From the IMG/VR virus record IMGVR_UViG_3300034190_001683, positions 1-60,243 of that record: a DNA stretch of 60,243 bases. The stretch is one strand, 5' to 3'. The position numbers and the translations under genes are program-made. The notes beneath the pieces are model-generated. The model was not told the DNA's origin, ran no database searches, and worked only from the letters and a program-made list of their open reading frames with translations. Below, piece after piece: positions 10,401-19,916 of this stretch (its first letter is position 1; every line of letters starts with the position of its first letter). The DNA comes from a virus (Duplodnaviria > Caudoviricetes).

Positions 10401-10918
10401 TTAAGTTTGGTACTGGTAGTATGTATCTTGATGGTACTGGTGATTATTTATTTTTACCATCTAATGACAATTTAGTAATGGGGACTGGTGATTTTACTTT
10501 TGAAATGTTCTTTTATTATGATGCAGCTAGTTATGCTGATGGATATTTAATTGACCAAAGAAATACTGCTTCACAAGCTGCAATTGCAGTATATATTCAA
10601 GCAAGTACAGGAAAATTTATTTATTATGTAAGTGGTTCTGCACGAATTAATGATGCAACTCCTGCATCCGTTAGAGCATGGCAACATTTTGCATTGGTGC
10701 GATACAATGGAACAACAACAATTTATGTTAACGGAACTGCATCAGGTTCGACATACTCTGATTCAAATAATTATGTTGCACCTAATACATACATTGGTGC
10801 TAGATTTAATGCAACAAGTCCTTTTAATGGATATATGGACGATATTAGAATGACTAAAGGTGTTGCTAGATATACTTCAAACTTTACAGCCCCAACAAAA
10901 GCCTTTGCTAACAGATAG
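7490..10918 (+). CDS. Tail fibre/receptor-binding protein with about five concanavalin A-like (LamG) domains
   Basis: Repeated FT.E.W...W.H.A.VR...L..DG...GYI..R units separated by PTTPLT linkers. Confidence 0.85.
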   Translation: MPVKSLKGGIGVRPLGFGLGAAEEETEPNFNQTVLLLHADGSEGAGDTSNLGDPNYKAFKDNSTSAHALAVAGDAYGNDFSPYYYADGYWSNLFTVNNTTMSLTSTAALQLSGVFTVECWINLKTLATDGGPHPSILTFPTNGSYQTQLYLNSSNDYVGWYYNGDIVKTTNNSISLNTWHHIAVARDASNQIALWLDGTRISALATGQSTSYGNTSGTFYIGSFSTTGELDGYISNVRIVKGYDVYGTTNTSITVPTTPLTAITGTSLLTCQSNRFIDNASSPHALTVGSGQSISTNTPFTVTKTANVGAGFFDGNTDNLTTSGSSDFAFGTGDFTAEAWVYPSSLPSTAVVLDLRYNNNANTDNISALTLFGSTLGSFIGANKTAGSDIPVVIGQWNHIVVQRISSTLYFAVNGKVSSTTVASSDNLNNTNQRATVGGNVDQTTVSMYTGYIADLRVVNGTGVYGTSNFDVPTTSLTAVTNTKFLTCQYSGAVRNVGFLDDSKYNHRITRNGDVSIGTFSPFSLEDGYWSYYGGNTGGYYFADSADLEIGTSDFTIEFWMNLDTISGGDYLTGKVPSSGAGGDTAFQIYMSGSGGVINFWLQDTSGTTTISTPSSTISAHTWHFISCVRQSGTMRLYVDGVQKATGTRSGSVKDVAGGVGIGMTGEYADYLAGYMSNYRFVIGTCLRNDGTTFSVPTTPLTSTGSETKILTAQSNKFVDNSSTGRTPVLSGTAPKILPFSPLAPSRSYSKDAVGGSVYYDGTGDYLTYTTDNATPRLSTNWSIEFWMYLTARGSHGFLQQHGGSAGDFNTTNGMSFQFYEVSSTMYWQPANGSGGSVALSTATLPPLFAWTHMVISNDGTQTSVFMNGVRVLNGTTGYEDMHNATTSNKIQLGYLAGSDYPTDGYFTGLQYHNTEVYDASSTTITVPTAPKSADANTLLLSNFTNAGIIDHTMKNNLETENNTRVSGQQVKFGTGSMYLDGTGDYLFLPSNDNLVMGTGDFTFEMFFYYDAASYADGYLIDQRNTASQAAIAVYIQASTGKFIYYVSGSARINDATPASVRAWQHFALVRYNGTTTIYVNGTASGSTYSDSNNYVAPNTYIGARFNATSPFNGYMDDIRMTKGVARYTSNFTAPTKAFANR

Positions 10919-10926
10919 GAGACAAA

Positions 10927-11391
10927 ATGTATATTGCAAAAGTAGATGGAAATGTTGTCGGTGAAATAGTACATTACACAAAAGTGTTTCGTACTGTGCC
11001 TACTGATGACCAATTAACGAAAAGAGGTTATAAAAAGATTAACAAGTTTAAGCCTCACGATAATCTAACAGAAGCACTAACTGGAACAACTCCATACGTA
11101 TCTGGTTCTTACGTATTCACTGTAGAAAAAACTGATTTAACTTCTGATGAAATAACAGATAGAAAAAACTCAGCCATGAATAAAATAAGAGCCACTAGGG
11201 ATGAAATGTTAAAAGCTACAGACTGGGCTGCAATTAAAAAAGCCGAAACCGGAGAGGCTATGCCTAGCGCTATGGCTTCATATAGACAGGCTTTGCGTAA
11301 TGTCCCTGCTACAATCGGTAATGCAGATCCTAGAACATGGAGTGATTGGCCTACAATAAGTTTAGATGGTAGTTCTGCTACTGGGGTATAA
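10927..11391 (+). CDS. Tail fibre assembly chaperone-like protein
   Basis: IRATRDEMLKATDW...YRQALRNVP motif directly after the fibre gene. Confidence 0.75.
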   Translation: MYIAKVDGNVVGEIVHYTKVFRTVPTDDQLTKRGYKKINKFKPHDNLTEALTGTTPYVSGSYVFTVEKTDLTSDEITDRKNSAMNKIRATRDEMLKATDWAAIKKAETGEAMPSAMASYRQALRNVPATIGNADPRTWSDWPTISLDGSSATGV

Positions 11392-11419
11392 ATAGGGTGG
11401 AGAAAAGAGCCAATGTTAG

Positions 11420-11938
11420 ATGATAGATCCCATCACTGCATTGACTGCAGCAAATTTAGCCTTCAATGGTGTCAAGAAAGCCATTCAGGTAGGCAGAGAC
11501 CTAGAAGATATTTTTAGTCAATTATCGACTTGGAGCGGACATGTTTCTGATTTACAAGAATGGATGGGTCAGGAAAGGAAGTTCAAAAAACCGACTTTAT
11601 GGCAAAAACTAACATGGGATAAAAGCGAAACGGCAGAGGCATTTGATGAACTTATCGCAAAAAAGAAGATTAAAGAGATGGAAGATGCAATCAAACATGA
11701 ATTTACATGGGGAAAGCTTCACCATCTTGGAATGGATGGGCCTTATGGCTACCGAGCCTTTATTAAGATACGTCGGGAAATCAAAGAAAAACGGAAGAAA
11801 CAAATATACAATCAGATGCGAAGGCGGAAAGCTTTTATATATAACACAAAGATGGGAGTGGCAATTGGAACCCTTGTATTGATTTTGATATGGCTACTAC
11901 ATTTTGGATGGACAGCAATTATGGAAGCAAGTAAATGA
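11420..11938 (+). CDS. Membrane-anchored hypothetical protein
   Basis: MIDPIT N-terminus; C-terminal hydrophobic helix; precedes the lysis genes. Confidence 0.7.
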   Translation: MIDPITALTAANLAFNGVKKAIQVGRDLEDIFSQLSTWSGHVSDLQEWMGQERKFKKPTLWQKLTWDKSETAEAFDELIAKKKIKEMEDAIKHEFTWGKLHHLGMDGPYGYRAFIKIRREIKEKRKKQIYNQMRRRKAFIYNTKMGVAIGTLVLILIWLLHFGWTAIMEASK

Positions 11939-12141
11939 TTAGCGTGGCGTTTTGGGTGGCTACCATGGTTCCACATGTAGACCAGTACTATTGTAAGTTG
12001 CAATGGGTGGAAAGAGATTTATGTTATTACTGGTGTGCTAATACTAAAAGAGGATTTAATTGGTTTGAACCAAGAGCAGTAAAAGGATGTAAGCTAGAAA
12101 AGTTGTTTTATAAAGTAGAAAAGGAAAAATCGAGTGCTTAA
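11935..12141 (+). CDS. Small Cys-containing hypothetical protein
   Basis: ORF track; overlaps both neighbours; four Cys. Confidence 0.55.
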   Translation: MISVAFWVATMVPHVDQYYCKLQWVERDLCYYWCANTKRGFNWFEPRAVKGCKLEKLFYKVEKEKSSA

Positions 12142-12571
12142 TTTAATATCAGGGTTATTACCAATAGGAGAGAAGCTTGTAGATAAGTTAATTCCCGACC
12201 CGCAAGCTAAACAAAAGGCTCTTCAGCAACTAAAGAAGATGGAGCAAGACGGAAGTCTCAAACGCATGGAAGCTGAATTTGCTGATAAAGATAGCGCCAG
12301 AAAACGTGAGATGGCTATCTCTACCAGTGAACATAGCCCGTGGCTAAATAAAATCATTACCAGTCTACTCGCACTCGGCATTGTGGGGTTAGCTTTTGCT
12401 TTATTTGCTGTTATATTATTCTTAGAAGTCACACCTGCAAACAAGGATATACTTATTTTTTTACTCGGTAATTTGACAACATTGGTAGGTTTGGTGTGTT
12501 CATATTATTTTGGTAGTTCAGTAGGTAGTAAAGATAAAACAGAAGAGATAAAGGGGTTAATGAAGAAATGA
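12134..12571 (+). CDS. Putative holin
   Basis: LVDKLIPDP N-terminus, two TM helices, YYFGSS motif; adjacent to endolysin. Confidence 0.7.
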   Translation: MLNLISGLLPIGEKLVDKLIPDPQAKQKALQQLKKMEQDGSLKRMEAEFADKDSARKREMAISTSEHSPWLNKIITSLLALGIVGLAFALFAVILFLEVTPANKDILIFLLGNLTTLVGLVCSYYFGSSVGSKDKTEEIKGLMKK

Positions 12572-12954
12572 AAATGGATTGGAATACAAGCGCATATTTT
12601 TCTCAACATGAGTTTAAATGTTCACACACAGGTCAATGTGACATGAACCCAGAGTTTATAGATAAGTTAAATGATTTACGTTTAGCTTTTGGGAAACCTA
12701 TGAAAATAACTTCTGGATACAGACACGTTAGTCATCCCATTGAAAGAAAGAAAGAAACTCCGGGAGCGCACACTACAGGGCAAGCTGCAGATATAGCAGT
12801 ATCAAGAGAGGATGCGTTTCATTTATTATCATTAGCGTTAAGCAAAGGTTTTACAGGCATAGGCATACAACAAAAAGGTTCAGGTAGGTTTATACATTTA
12901 GATACATTAGAAAATTCACCGGAAAGACCAAGGCCAACAATCTGGTCTTATTAA
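12568..12954 (+). CDS. Endolysin, peptidase M15A family
   Basis: EFKC, ITSGYR, H..G.AADI, FIHLD motifs. Confidence 0.9.
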   Translation: MKMDWNTSAYFSQHEFKCSHTGQCDMNPEFIDKLNDLRLAFGKPMKITSGYRHVSHPIERKKETPGAHTTGQAADIAVSREDAFHLLSLALSKGFTGIGIQQKGSGRFIHLDTLENSPERPRPTIWSY

Positions 12955-12955
12955 T

Positions 12956-14836
12956 ATGACTTTACAGAAACTACAATTTAGACCCGGTATAAATAGAGAT
13001 GTAACTAACTACTCTAATGAGGGCGGTTGGTTTGAGTGCGATAAGGTGCGGTTTTTAAATGGCTATCCAGAAAAATTAAATGGGTGGGCCACGTATGCGC
13101 CATCTTCTATACTAGGTACTTGTAGGGCTTTGTTTGGGTGGATAACATCTTTTGAAGATAATTTTTTAGCCATAGGCACAAACTCTAAAGTATATGTAGA
13201 GGTTGGAACCAACTTAAACGATGTGACACCTTTGCGTTCTGCTAGTCCAACTTTGGCAGTTCATGCTTTCTCTGCTACAAACACTTCTGCAACAATAGCT
13301 GTAGAAGCCACAGCACATGGGACAAATACAGGAGATTTTGTAACTTTCTCTGGAGCATCCTCTTTGGGTGGAAACATAACCGCTGATGTATTAAACCAGA
13401 ACTATGAGATAACTGAAATAGATGCTGATAACTACAGCATATCCGCAGCGGTAACTGCTAATGCTTCTGATACAGGAGATGGTGGGGCAAGTGCCGAAGG
13501 ATCATATGAAATACCAACAGGTAATGGAACTGTTTCTTATGGTTACGGTTGGGGTGTAAGCACGTGGGGTAGACTAGGCTGGGGTTCTGGCGCATTACAA
13601 CCTTTGTTATTACCTTTAACTGTTTGGTTTTTTGATAACTTTGACAACGACTTAGTTATGAACGTGAATACTGGAGGTAAGGGTGCTGTATTTTATTGGG
13701 ATAGAGGAGCTTTAGATGACCCCGGTTCTTCTCTTGGAACTAGAGCTGTCAAATTATCTACGAGAGATGGAGCTAAAAACGTACCTGCAGAAGTAGGACA
13801 AATCATGGTGTCTCAAAACGACAGGCACTTGTTAGCTTTCGGAGCATCCCCGTTTTCAGGATTAGATACAACAGAGGATACAGGCACATTTGATCCGTTG
13901 TTAATTCGTTTTGCTGATCAAGATAATCCAGAAGATTTTAAGCCTACAACCACTAATAGTGCGGGGTTTTTAAGAGTCAGTAGTGGTTCAAGAATCGTTA
14001 CTGCATTTAGAACAAGACAAGAAACTCTAGTATTTACAGATATGTCTGTTCATTCACTACAGTTTTTAGGGACTACTGAAGTATTTAGTTTACAAGAATT
14101 AGAAACCAATATATCTATATCTAGTCCACGTTGTATAGCAGCAGCTAGTAATGTGTTGTTTTGGATGGGGACAGATAAGTTTTATTTATACAACGGACGT
14201 GTAGACACGTTACCGTGTACTTTAAGAGACCACGTATTTAATGATTTAAACTTTGATGCGTTGCCTTACATATACGCAGGTACTGTAGAGTCACACAATG
14301 AAGTGTGGTGGTTTTACCCATCTAAAGATAGCCAAACAAATGATTCTTACGTAACTTACAACTATAAAGACAACTTGTGGTTCTATGGAAAGCTAAACCG
14401 ATCTGCTTGGTTGGATGCTAATTTAAGGCAGTTCCCACAGGCTGTAGGGGAAAACACTTTATTTGACCACGAAAGTGGTATGGATGCTGATGGCTCGGCT
14501 ATGGAGTCGTTTATTACAAGCTCTGACTTTGATATAGGTGATGGAGAGAAATTTACTTTGGTTAGACGGATAATACCCGATGTAGATTTTACGGGTTCCA
14601 ATGCAGCAGAACCTCATGTTAAAATGACGGTGAAACCTAGAGACTTTCCCGGTAGTGCATACCGGATAGAAGATAATAAAAATGTTATTGAAACATCTGT
14701 AGGTGTCTACACCGATCAAGTATATTTAAGAGCAAGGGCAAGACAGATAGGTTTTAAAATAACATCCGATAGTCTAGGTACAATGTGGAAGTTAGGCTCT
14801 CCAAGATTAGATGGTAGACCTGATGGGAGAAGATAA
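12956..14836 (+). CDS. Putative tail nozzle/stabilisation protein
   Basis: 626 aa beta-rich; IRFADQ, VFWMG, EVWWFYP motifs; precedes the internal proteins. Confidence 0.6.
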   Translation: MTLQKLQFRPGINRDVTNYSNEGGWFECDKVRFLNGYPEKLNGWATYAPSSILGTCRALFGWITSFEDNFLAIGTNSKVYVEVGTNLNDVTPLRSASPTLAVHAFSATNTSATIAVEATAHGTNTGDFVTFSGASSLGGNITADVLNQNYEITEIDADNYSISAAVTANASDTGDGGASAEGSYEIPTGNGTVSYGYGWGVSTWGRLGWGSGALQPLLLPLTVWFFDNFDNDLVMNVNTGGKGAVFYWDRGALDDPGSSLGTRAVKLSTRDGAKNVPAEVGQIMVSQNDRHLLAFGASPFSGLDTTEDTGTFDPLLIRFADQDNPEDFKPTTTNSAGFLRVSSGSRIVTAFRTRQETLVFTDMSVHSLQFLGTTEVFSLQELETNISISSPRCIAAASNVLFWMGTDKFYLYNGRVDTLPCTLRDHVFNDLNFDALPYIYAGTVESHNEVWWFYPSKDSQTNDSYVTYNYKDNLWFYGKLNRSAWLDANLRQFPQAVGENTLFDHESGMDADGSAMESFITSSDFDIGDGEKFTLVRRIIPDVDFTGSNAAEPHVKMTVKPRDFPGSAYRIEDNKNVIETSVGVYTDQVYLRARARQIGFKITSDSLGTMWKLGSPRLDGRPDGRR

Positions 14837-15135
14837 TGGCGATGCGAAACTTTCGGTCTCCACCGTTGCCTTTGCCTCAAAACGAGTACGATCAGCAATA
14901 TTTCAATCAGTTAATAAAAGTTCTTCAGACATATTTCAGACAGTTGGATTCACAGAATCCATTACATTTAGATGGGCTTGTATTAACTGATTTAACAGAG
15001 AGTCCAGTAGGATTCCCTAATTATAGCTTATATAGAGAAGGTAGAGATGTTAAGATATTATTACCCGGTGATGCGGTGGTGGCAGGGAGTTCGGCAACAA
15101 CAGGTTTAGGATCAGTAACGGTGACAATAACATGA
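14836..15135 (+). CDS. Hypothetical structural protein
   Basis: ORF track; TAATG coupling. Confidence 0.65.
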   Translation: MAMRNFRSPPLPLPQNEYDQQYFNQLIKVLQTYFRQLDSQNPLHLDGLVLTDLTESPVGFPNYSLYREGRDVKILLPGDAVVAGSSATTGLGSVTVTIT

Positions 15136-15239
15136 ATATAGTTTTAACCTGCAGAAACAACCTCCTCGGTGGCATCACCACCCTACCTCTCCGCCTTGGG
15201 GGTTGGCAGGTCTTTACAGTATGATTAGGAACTAATAAT

Positions 15240-17201
15240 ATGGCTACAATTCAAAATGTAACAAGCGTTCCCGGAGGGTACGTAATAAGACGGGTAATAC
15301 CGGATCCAAATAACCCTGCATTTGGAGCATCAACTACTGTAGAAGATTTTATTCCCGCAGAAGACGTAATTAGTTCTTCGCAAAACTTTAGAAATTTTGG
15401 GCTGCAAACCGATATTCAGTTACCCGATGATTATGTTGTTGGGGCAACCTACACTCCCCCAGTAATTGGACAATCGTTAAATCAACCTGCAAAAGTAACT
15501 AATATAAACACGGGGGAATCAGCTCCAATTGATCGAGCCTCAGAAGTCATAAATAAAGGAGGCGACGCTCCAGTCAATGACAAAGATTTAGCTCGTGATG
15601 CAAATACAACTACGACCGCACCTACAACTGATATGGATGCTGAGAAATTTGATAAGCTCACTGACGCTGAACAAGATGATTACATGGCTCAGGTTTTAGG
15701 GTACGATGATTATGCTGATATGCAATCAGTTATACCTGATACACCTACAACTACGCCTACACCTGTTACACCATTTAATAGAGACACACTAAAAGAAAGA
15801 CTAGGGATACCTACATTAAGTTTTGCTGACTTTAATAAAGCTCCTGTAACAACAGGACCAACAGCAACAGCAGGTATTGAAAGATTAAGACCTACAGATA
15901 CAACAGGAACAATGGCTGGTGTATTTGCAAGCCCTCAGTTTACATCACCTTATTCTGTTCAAACTGAACAACAACAATTACCTGACACTTTTACACAACT
16001 TGGAGATTTGTTTAGTGAACAATTTAAAGAAGAGATAAGAGGTCCATTAGAAGAACAAATAAGAGCAGAAGTAGCCGAAGAAGCGGCAGGTAATAGAGCA
16101 GGTGGTCTTGCTAGCTTAGGATATAGACGTGGTGGTGTGGTGGATGAAAATGGTATACCTCGTTTGTTTATTGGAGGTTTGTTTAAAGGTATAGGTAGAG
16201 CGTTGAGTGGGGCAGTTAAAGGAATAACTAAGATAGCTCCGTTTGTATTACCATTTATACCGGGGTTTCAAGCTTTAACACCTTTTAAACAAGCTCTTGT
16301 GGCAGGAGGTATTGGTGGTTTTAGAGATGGTAAATTTGATCCAACCAGAGCTTTAACTGCTGGTGTTACTACTTACGGATTAGGAAAACTGGCTGAAGCT
16401 GCGGGAGCATCTGGGCAGGTAAGTGAAGGGATGGGTGGTGTTGATGCAAGTGTTGCAGAGCCAATGGTTAGGACAACTCCCGGAACAACTACAAGCTTTC
16501 CAGAAACACCTCTACCTGACGTTAAGACAGGTGCGTATAGACCAAATATTTCTTCAGGAATGGAAAACATAGCGCAAGGTAGTGTAACAGTTCCCACTGA
16601 AACGGCTTCATACGTAGATGTTTTTAGAACGCCAGCAACAACCTCTTCAGGGGTTGGTTTGGATTCACTAAAAGGGCAAGTAGTTGGCACAGGACAAAAC
16701 ATTCTTAGAACTGGAGAAGAATTAATATCTGGTAATATACCCATGAAAAAATTAATTACTCCTGCTATCTCTACTTTAGGCGGTATAACAGCTACAAAAG
16801 CTGGCGATGAAATTGCTAAACAAGAAGCAGAATACAAAGCTTTAACAGCGGCAGATGCAGCGGAAAAAGAAAGAAAACGTAGACTAGCTTTAGAAGCTAT
16901 GAGAAGAAACCCCTTTGGTTATAACAAAGGTGGTGAAACATCACTTCCTCCTAGATATTTAGATGGTGCGGGTGATGGTATGAGCGATTCAATACGAGCC
17001 AATATAGGTGGTATGCAAGAAGCAAGATTAGCTGATGGAGAATTTGTCGTCCCTGCCGATGTAGTGGCAGACCTTGGTAACGGTTCCTCAAATGCAGGAG
17101 CTGAAAGATTATACTCCATGATGGATAGAATTAGACAGGCACGTCATGGAACAACAAAACAACCGCCTGAAGTAAATGTAAACAAAACATTACCAGCGTA
17201 G
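15240..17201 (+). CDS. Putative internal virion/ejection protein
   Basis: C-terminal GAGDGMSDSI...LADGEFVVPAD motif (also seen in tape-measure C-termini); several xxGG motifs. Confidence 0.65.
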   Translation: MATIQNVTSVPGGYVIRRVIPDPNNPAFGASTTVEDFIPAEDVISSSQNFRNFGLQTDIQLPDDYVVGATYTPPVIGQSLNQPAKVTNINTGESAPIDRASEVINKGGDAPVNDKDLARDANTTTTAPTTDMDAEKFDKLTDAEQDDYMAQVLGYDDYADMQSVIPDTPTTTPTPVTPFNRDTLKERLGIPTLSFADFNKAPVTTGPTATAGIERLRPTDTTGTMAGVFASPQFTSPYSVQTEQQQLPDTFTQLGDLFSEQFKEEIRGPLEEQIRAEVAEEAAGNRAGGLASLGYRRGGVVDENGIPRLFIGGLFKGIGRALSGAVKGITKIAPFVLPFIPGFQALTPFKQALVAGGIGGFRDGKFDPTRALTAGVTTYGLGKLAEAAGASGQVSEGMGGVDASVAEPMVRTTPGTTTSFPETPLPDVKTGAYRPNISSGMENIAQGSVTVPTETASYVDVFRTPATTSSGVGLDSLKGQVVGTGQNILRTGEELISGNIPMKKLITPAISTLGGITATKAGDEIAKQEAEYKALTAADAAEKERKRRLALEAMRRNPFGYNKGGETSLPPRYLDGAGDGMSDSIRANIGGMQEARLADGEFVVPADVVADLGNGSSNAGAERLYSMMDRIRQARHGTTKQPPEVNVNKTLPA

Positions 17202-17211
17202 AGGAAAAGAT

Positions 17212-18132
17212 ATGGTACAACAAGTAACCCAAGTAACGAGTGAAATACCTGAGGTATTAGAACCTTATTTTATAGGCGATCCCGGTGCAGGTATAACAGG
17301 CATAATGCCGAAAGCCCAAGAACTATTTGGGAAAGGTTTTGATCAAGTATACGGAGCAGGAGCGCAATCTCTTATGGGACTTGGTGGCGTTGCACCTATG
17401 TCAGCCGCACAGCAAGAACTTGGTACGCAAATAGCAGGGCTACAAGCTCCAGAAGCATTTACTACAGCACAACAAGCTCAAGAAGCAGGTATTCAAGGAT
17501 TATTAGCAGCGCCCGGAAGATTTGATTCAGCGGCAGCTCAAGCTTATATGTCACCATATCAGCAAAGCGTAGTAGACATAGCGCAAAGAAAAGCGATAGA
17601 CGCTGCAAAAAAAGCTCAGTTGGATGCCAACTTAGCGTCAGCTAGACAAGGTACATATGGTGGTGCAAGACAAGCTCTTTTAACAGGAGCTAGAGAATCA
17701 GGACTTAGAACTCAACTCGGCGATATACAGTCTAGAGGGCTACAAGCGGCTTTTGAGAATGCACAAGCACAGTTTGAGAGAGACCGTGCCGCACAGATGG
17801 CAGCAGCTTCTGGATTAGGTACACTAGGACAACAACAAGGAGCATTAGGAGTTCAGCAACAAGCAGCAGAACTAGACCGACTCAAGACACTCGGTGCGTT
17901 TGGAGACTTAGAAAGAGCTATAATGCAAGAAGGTCTAAGCGCAGAAGGCGCATACCAAAGACGTAGAGACGAGTTTGGACAACAGCAACTAGGTAATCTT
18001 GCAAACATCTTGCGTGGTGTACCAACAACAGACACAACACAAACAACTGCTACACCTCCACCAAGCTTCGCATCACAACTAACAGGTCTTGGTATTACAG
18101 GTCTAAGTTTAGCTAAATTATTAGGGGGTTAA
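17212..18132 (+). CDS. Putative DNA pilot/ejection protein
   Basis: Q/A/G-rich helical protein; YMSPY...FGG-like pattern; C-terminal G-rich hydrophobic helix. Confidence 0.6.
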   Translation: MVQQVTQVTSEIPEVLEPYFIGDPGAGITGIMPKAQELFGKGFDQVYGAGAQSLMGLGGVAPMSAAQQELGTQIAGLQAPEAFTTAQQAQEAGIQGLLAAPGRFDSAAAQAYMSPYQQSVVDIAQRKAIDAAKKAQLDANLASARQGTYGGARQALLTGARESGLRTQLGDIQSRGLQAAFENAQAQFERDRAAQMAAASGLGTLGQQQGALGVQQQAAELDRLKTLGAFGDLERAIMQEGLSAEGAYQRRRDEFGQQQLGNLANILRGVPTTDTTQTTATPPPSFASQLTGLGITGLSLAKLLGG

Positions 18133-18134
18133 AA

Positions 18135-19916
18135 ATGATTCCGCAACAAGGTCTAACTACTATATTAAAAGATAAAATGGCTAATATAGAAGCCAAGGCT
18201 AGAGCTTTTTTAATGTCAGATGACAAAATAGGTTTTATAGCAAAACTTATGCAAGACAGCCCTACCGAAGTCGCTCCTATTGTGAACGCAGGAAGAAGAA
18301 TAGCAGGTGAACAAAAAGCTATGATGATGGCGCAAGCTCAAGACACACAACCTTCAGTTACACAAAACAATCTAAAAGCAATTACAGAGCCTGTAACTGC
18401 CGCTAGAAGTGGTGGAGCTATTTCATCTTTACCAATAAAAGATAGTATGTTTAGAGCAGCAGGTGGTGGTATCGTTGCGTTTGCAAATGGTGGTGGTATA
18501 CAACCAAATTTTTATCCGGGACTACCGGGTGTAAATAGGGCGCAAGCAATAGAAAATGAAAAAAGAAAAAGAATTATGGAGGCTGAAAGAGAAGCTAATA
18601 AACAAGGTAAAACTCTATTTACGCCTAGAAGAAGTCCGGGCTTTGTAGATTTCCTTGGAGGCGACAGCCCGATAACCACACCTTCATTACCTCCCGGACA
18701 ATCATACACGCCGGGTATATTTGGTTTAATGCGGGGACAGTCAGCAAATCAAAAAGCTGCTGAAGCTGTAGATGCGCCTCAGACTCAGGTGTCGAGAGCA
18801 GATATCGAAGCGTTAGCTGCAGGTGATAAAAAAATAGAAGATGTAGATTTAACAAGAGCTAGAAGTGATACTTCACTGGTTCCTAGATTCTCTGACGACG
18901 ATTTAAAAACAGCTTTAGAAGCAGATGATGTGTTAAAAACAAAACTTGATTTTGAAGACGCTGCGTTAAAACAAGATGGTACTCCGACAATGGAGGACAC
19001 GGGTCTTATGGGTCAAGCTGTAGATGATAAGAGAAAAGAAACACCTGACAGAATACAGTTTGAGTTTACAGATGCGGACACATTATTAAAAGAAGCTCAA
19101 GAAACAGCCGATAGTATATTTAAAAAAGTAGAAGGTTCAGATGACTTTGCAAATCCAGAAAAAGCGGTTGCAGATACAAGAGCATTTTTTGAGAAGTCTG
19201 GTGTAGATTTAACTAACGCAGCACAAAAAGCAGCTTTGGATAAGCAAGAAGCATTATTAGCCAAGGATAAAAAAGAAGGTGCTATGTATGCGTTACTTGA
19301 GTTTGGTTTTGGTTTAATGGCAGGTAAAAGCCCAAATGCTTTAACTAATGTGGGAGAAGCAGGTAAAGCAGTAGCGCCAAGACTATTCCAGTTACAAAAA
19401 GATATAAGAAAAGGTAACGAGCGTTTAACAGATGCTAGACTTAAATTAGCAGAATTAGAAAATACTCAAAAAATGGGTATAGCTAAAGTCTCTATGGACA
19501 GAATAGAAAAAGAGAAAGAAAGAATAGCTAGAGCAAACGACAGATTAATGCAAACTAAAGCTTCATTTATAAACTCTTTCATGCAAAACAGAAGAATGTT
19601 AGAAACTTCTAAACTTAGCGCAATGACAAATCTACGAACTGCTGAGATGAGAGTTGAGGCGCAAGATAGAGCAACGCAAGCTCAACTTGATAAGGTCACC
19701 AGAGATAAATTGATAGCGGAAGCGCTTAATATGCCAGAAGGTCCAGAAAGAACAAAACGTTTAGAAGAAATTAACAAGGTGTACTTTAGACCAGATCCTT
19801 TTGCGAGTCTTGGTGAGCGACTTAGGACGGCTGGTAAGGGAGCAGGACTAGAAGATAAAGAAATTACTGCTTTAGAAAATAGGTTAGGACTAACACAAAT
19901 AAAACAAATACCATGA
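18135..19916 (+). CDS. Putative internal virion/ejection protein
   Basis: AAGGGIVAFANGG motif; hydrophobic ALLEFGFGLMAG segment; coiled coils. Confidence 0.6.
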   Translation: MIPQQGLTTILKDKMANIEAKARAFLMSDDKIGFIAKLMQDSPTEVAPIVNAGRRIAGEQKAMMMAQAQDTQPSVTQNNLKAITEPVTAARSGGAISSLPIKDSMFRAAGGGIVAFANGGGIQPNFYPGLPGVNRAQAIENEKRKRIMEAEREANKQGKTLFTPRRSPGFVDFLGGDSPITTPSLPPGQSYTPGIFGLMRGQSANQKAAEAVDAPQTQVSRADIEALAAGDKKIEDVDLTRARSDTSLVPRFSDDDLKTALEADDVLKTKLDFEDAALKQDGTPTMEDTGLMGQAVDDKRKETPDRIQFEFTDADTLLKEAQETADSIFKKVEGSDDFANPEKAVADTRAFFEKSGVDLTNAAQKAALDKQEALLAKDKKEGAMYALLEFGFGLMAGKSPNALTNVGEAGKAVAPRLFQLQKDIRKGNERLTDARLKLAELENTQKMGIAKVSMDRIEKEKERIARANDRLMQTKASFINSFMQNRRMLETSKLSAMTNLRTAEMRVEAQDRATQAQLDKVTRDKLIAEALNMPEGPERTKRLEEINKVYFRPDPFASLGERLRTAGKGAGLEDKEITALENRLGLTQIKQIP

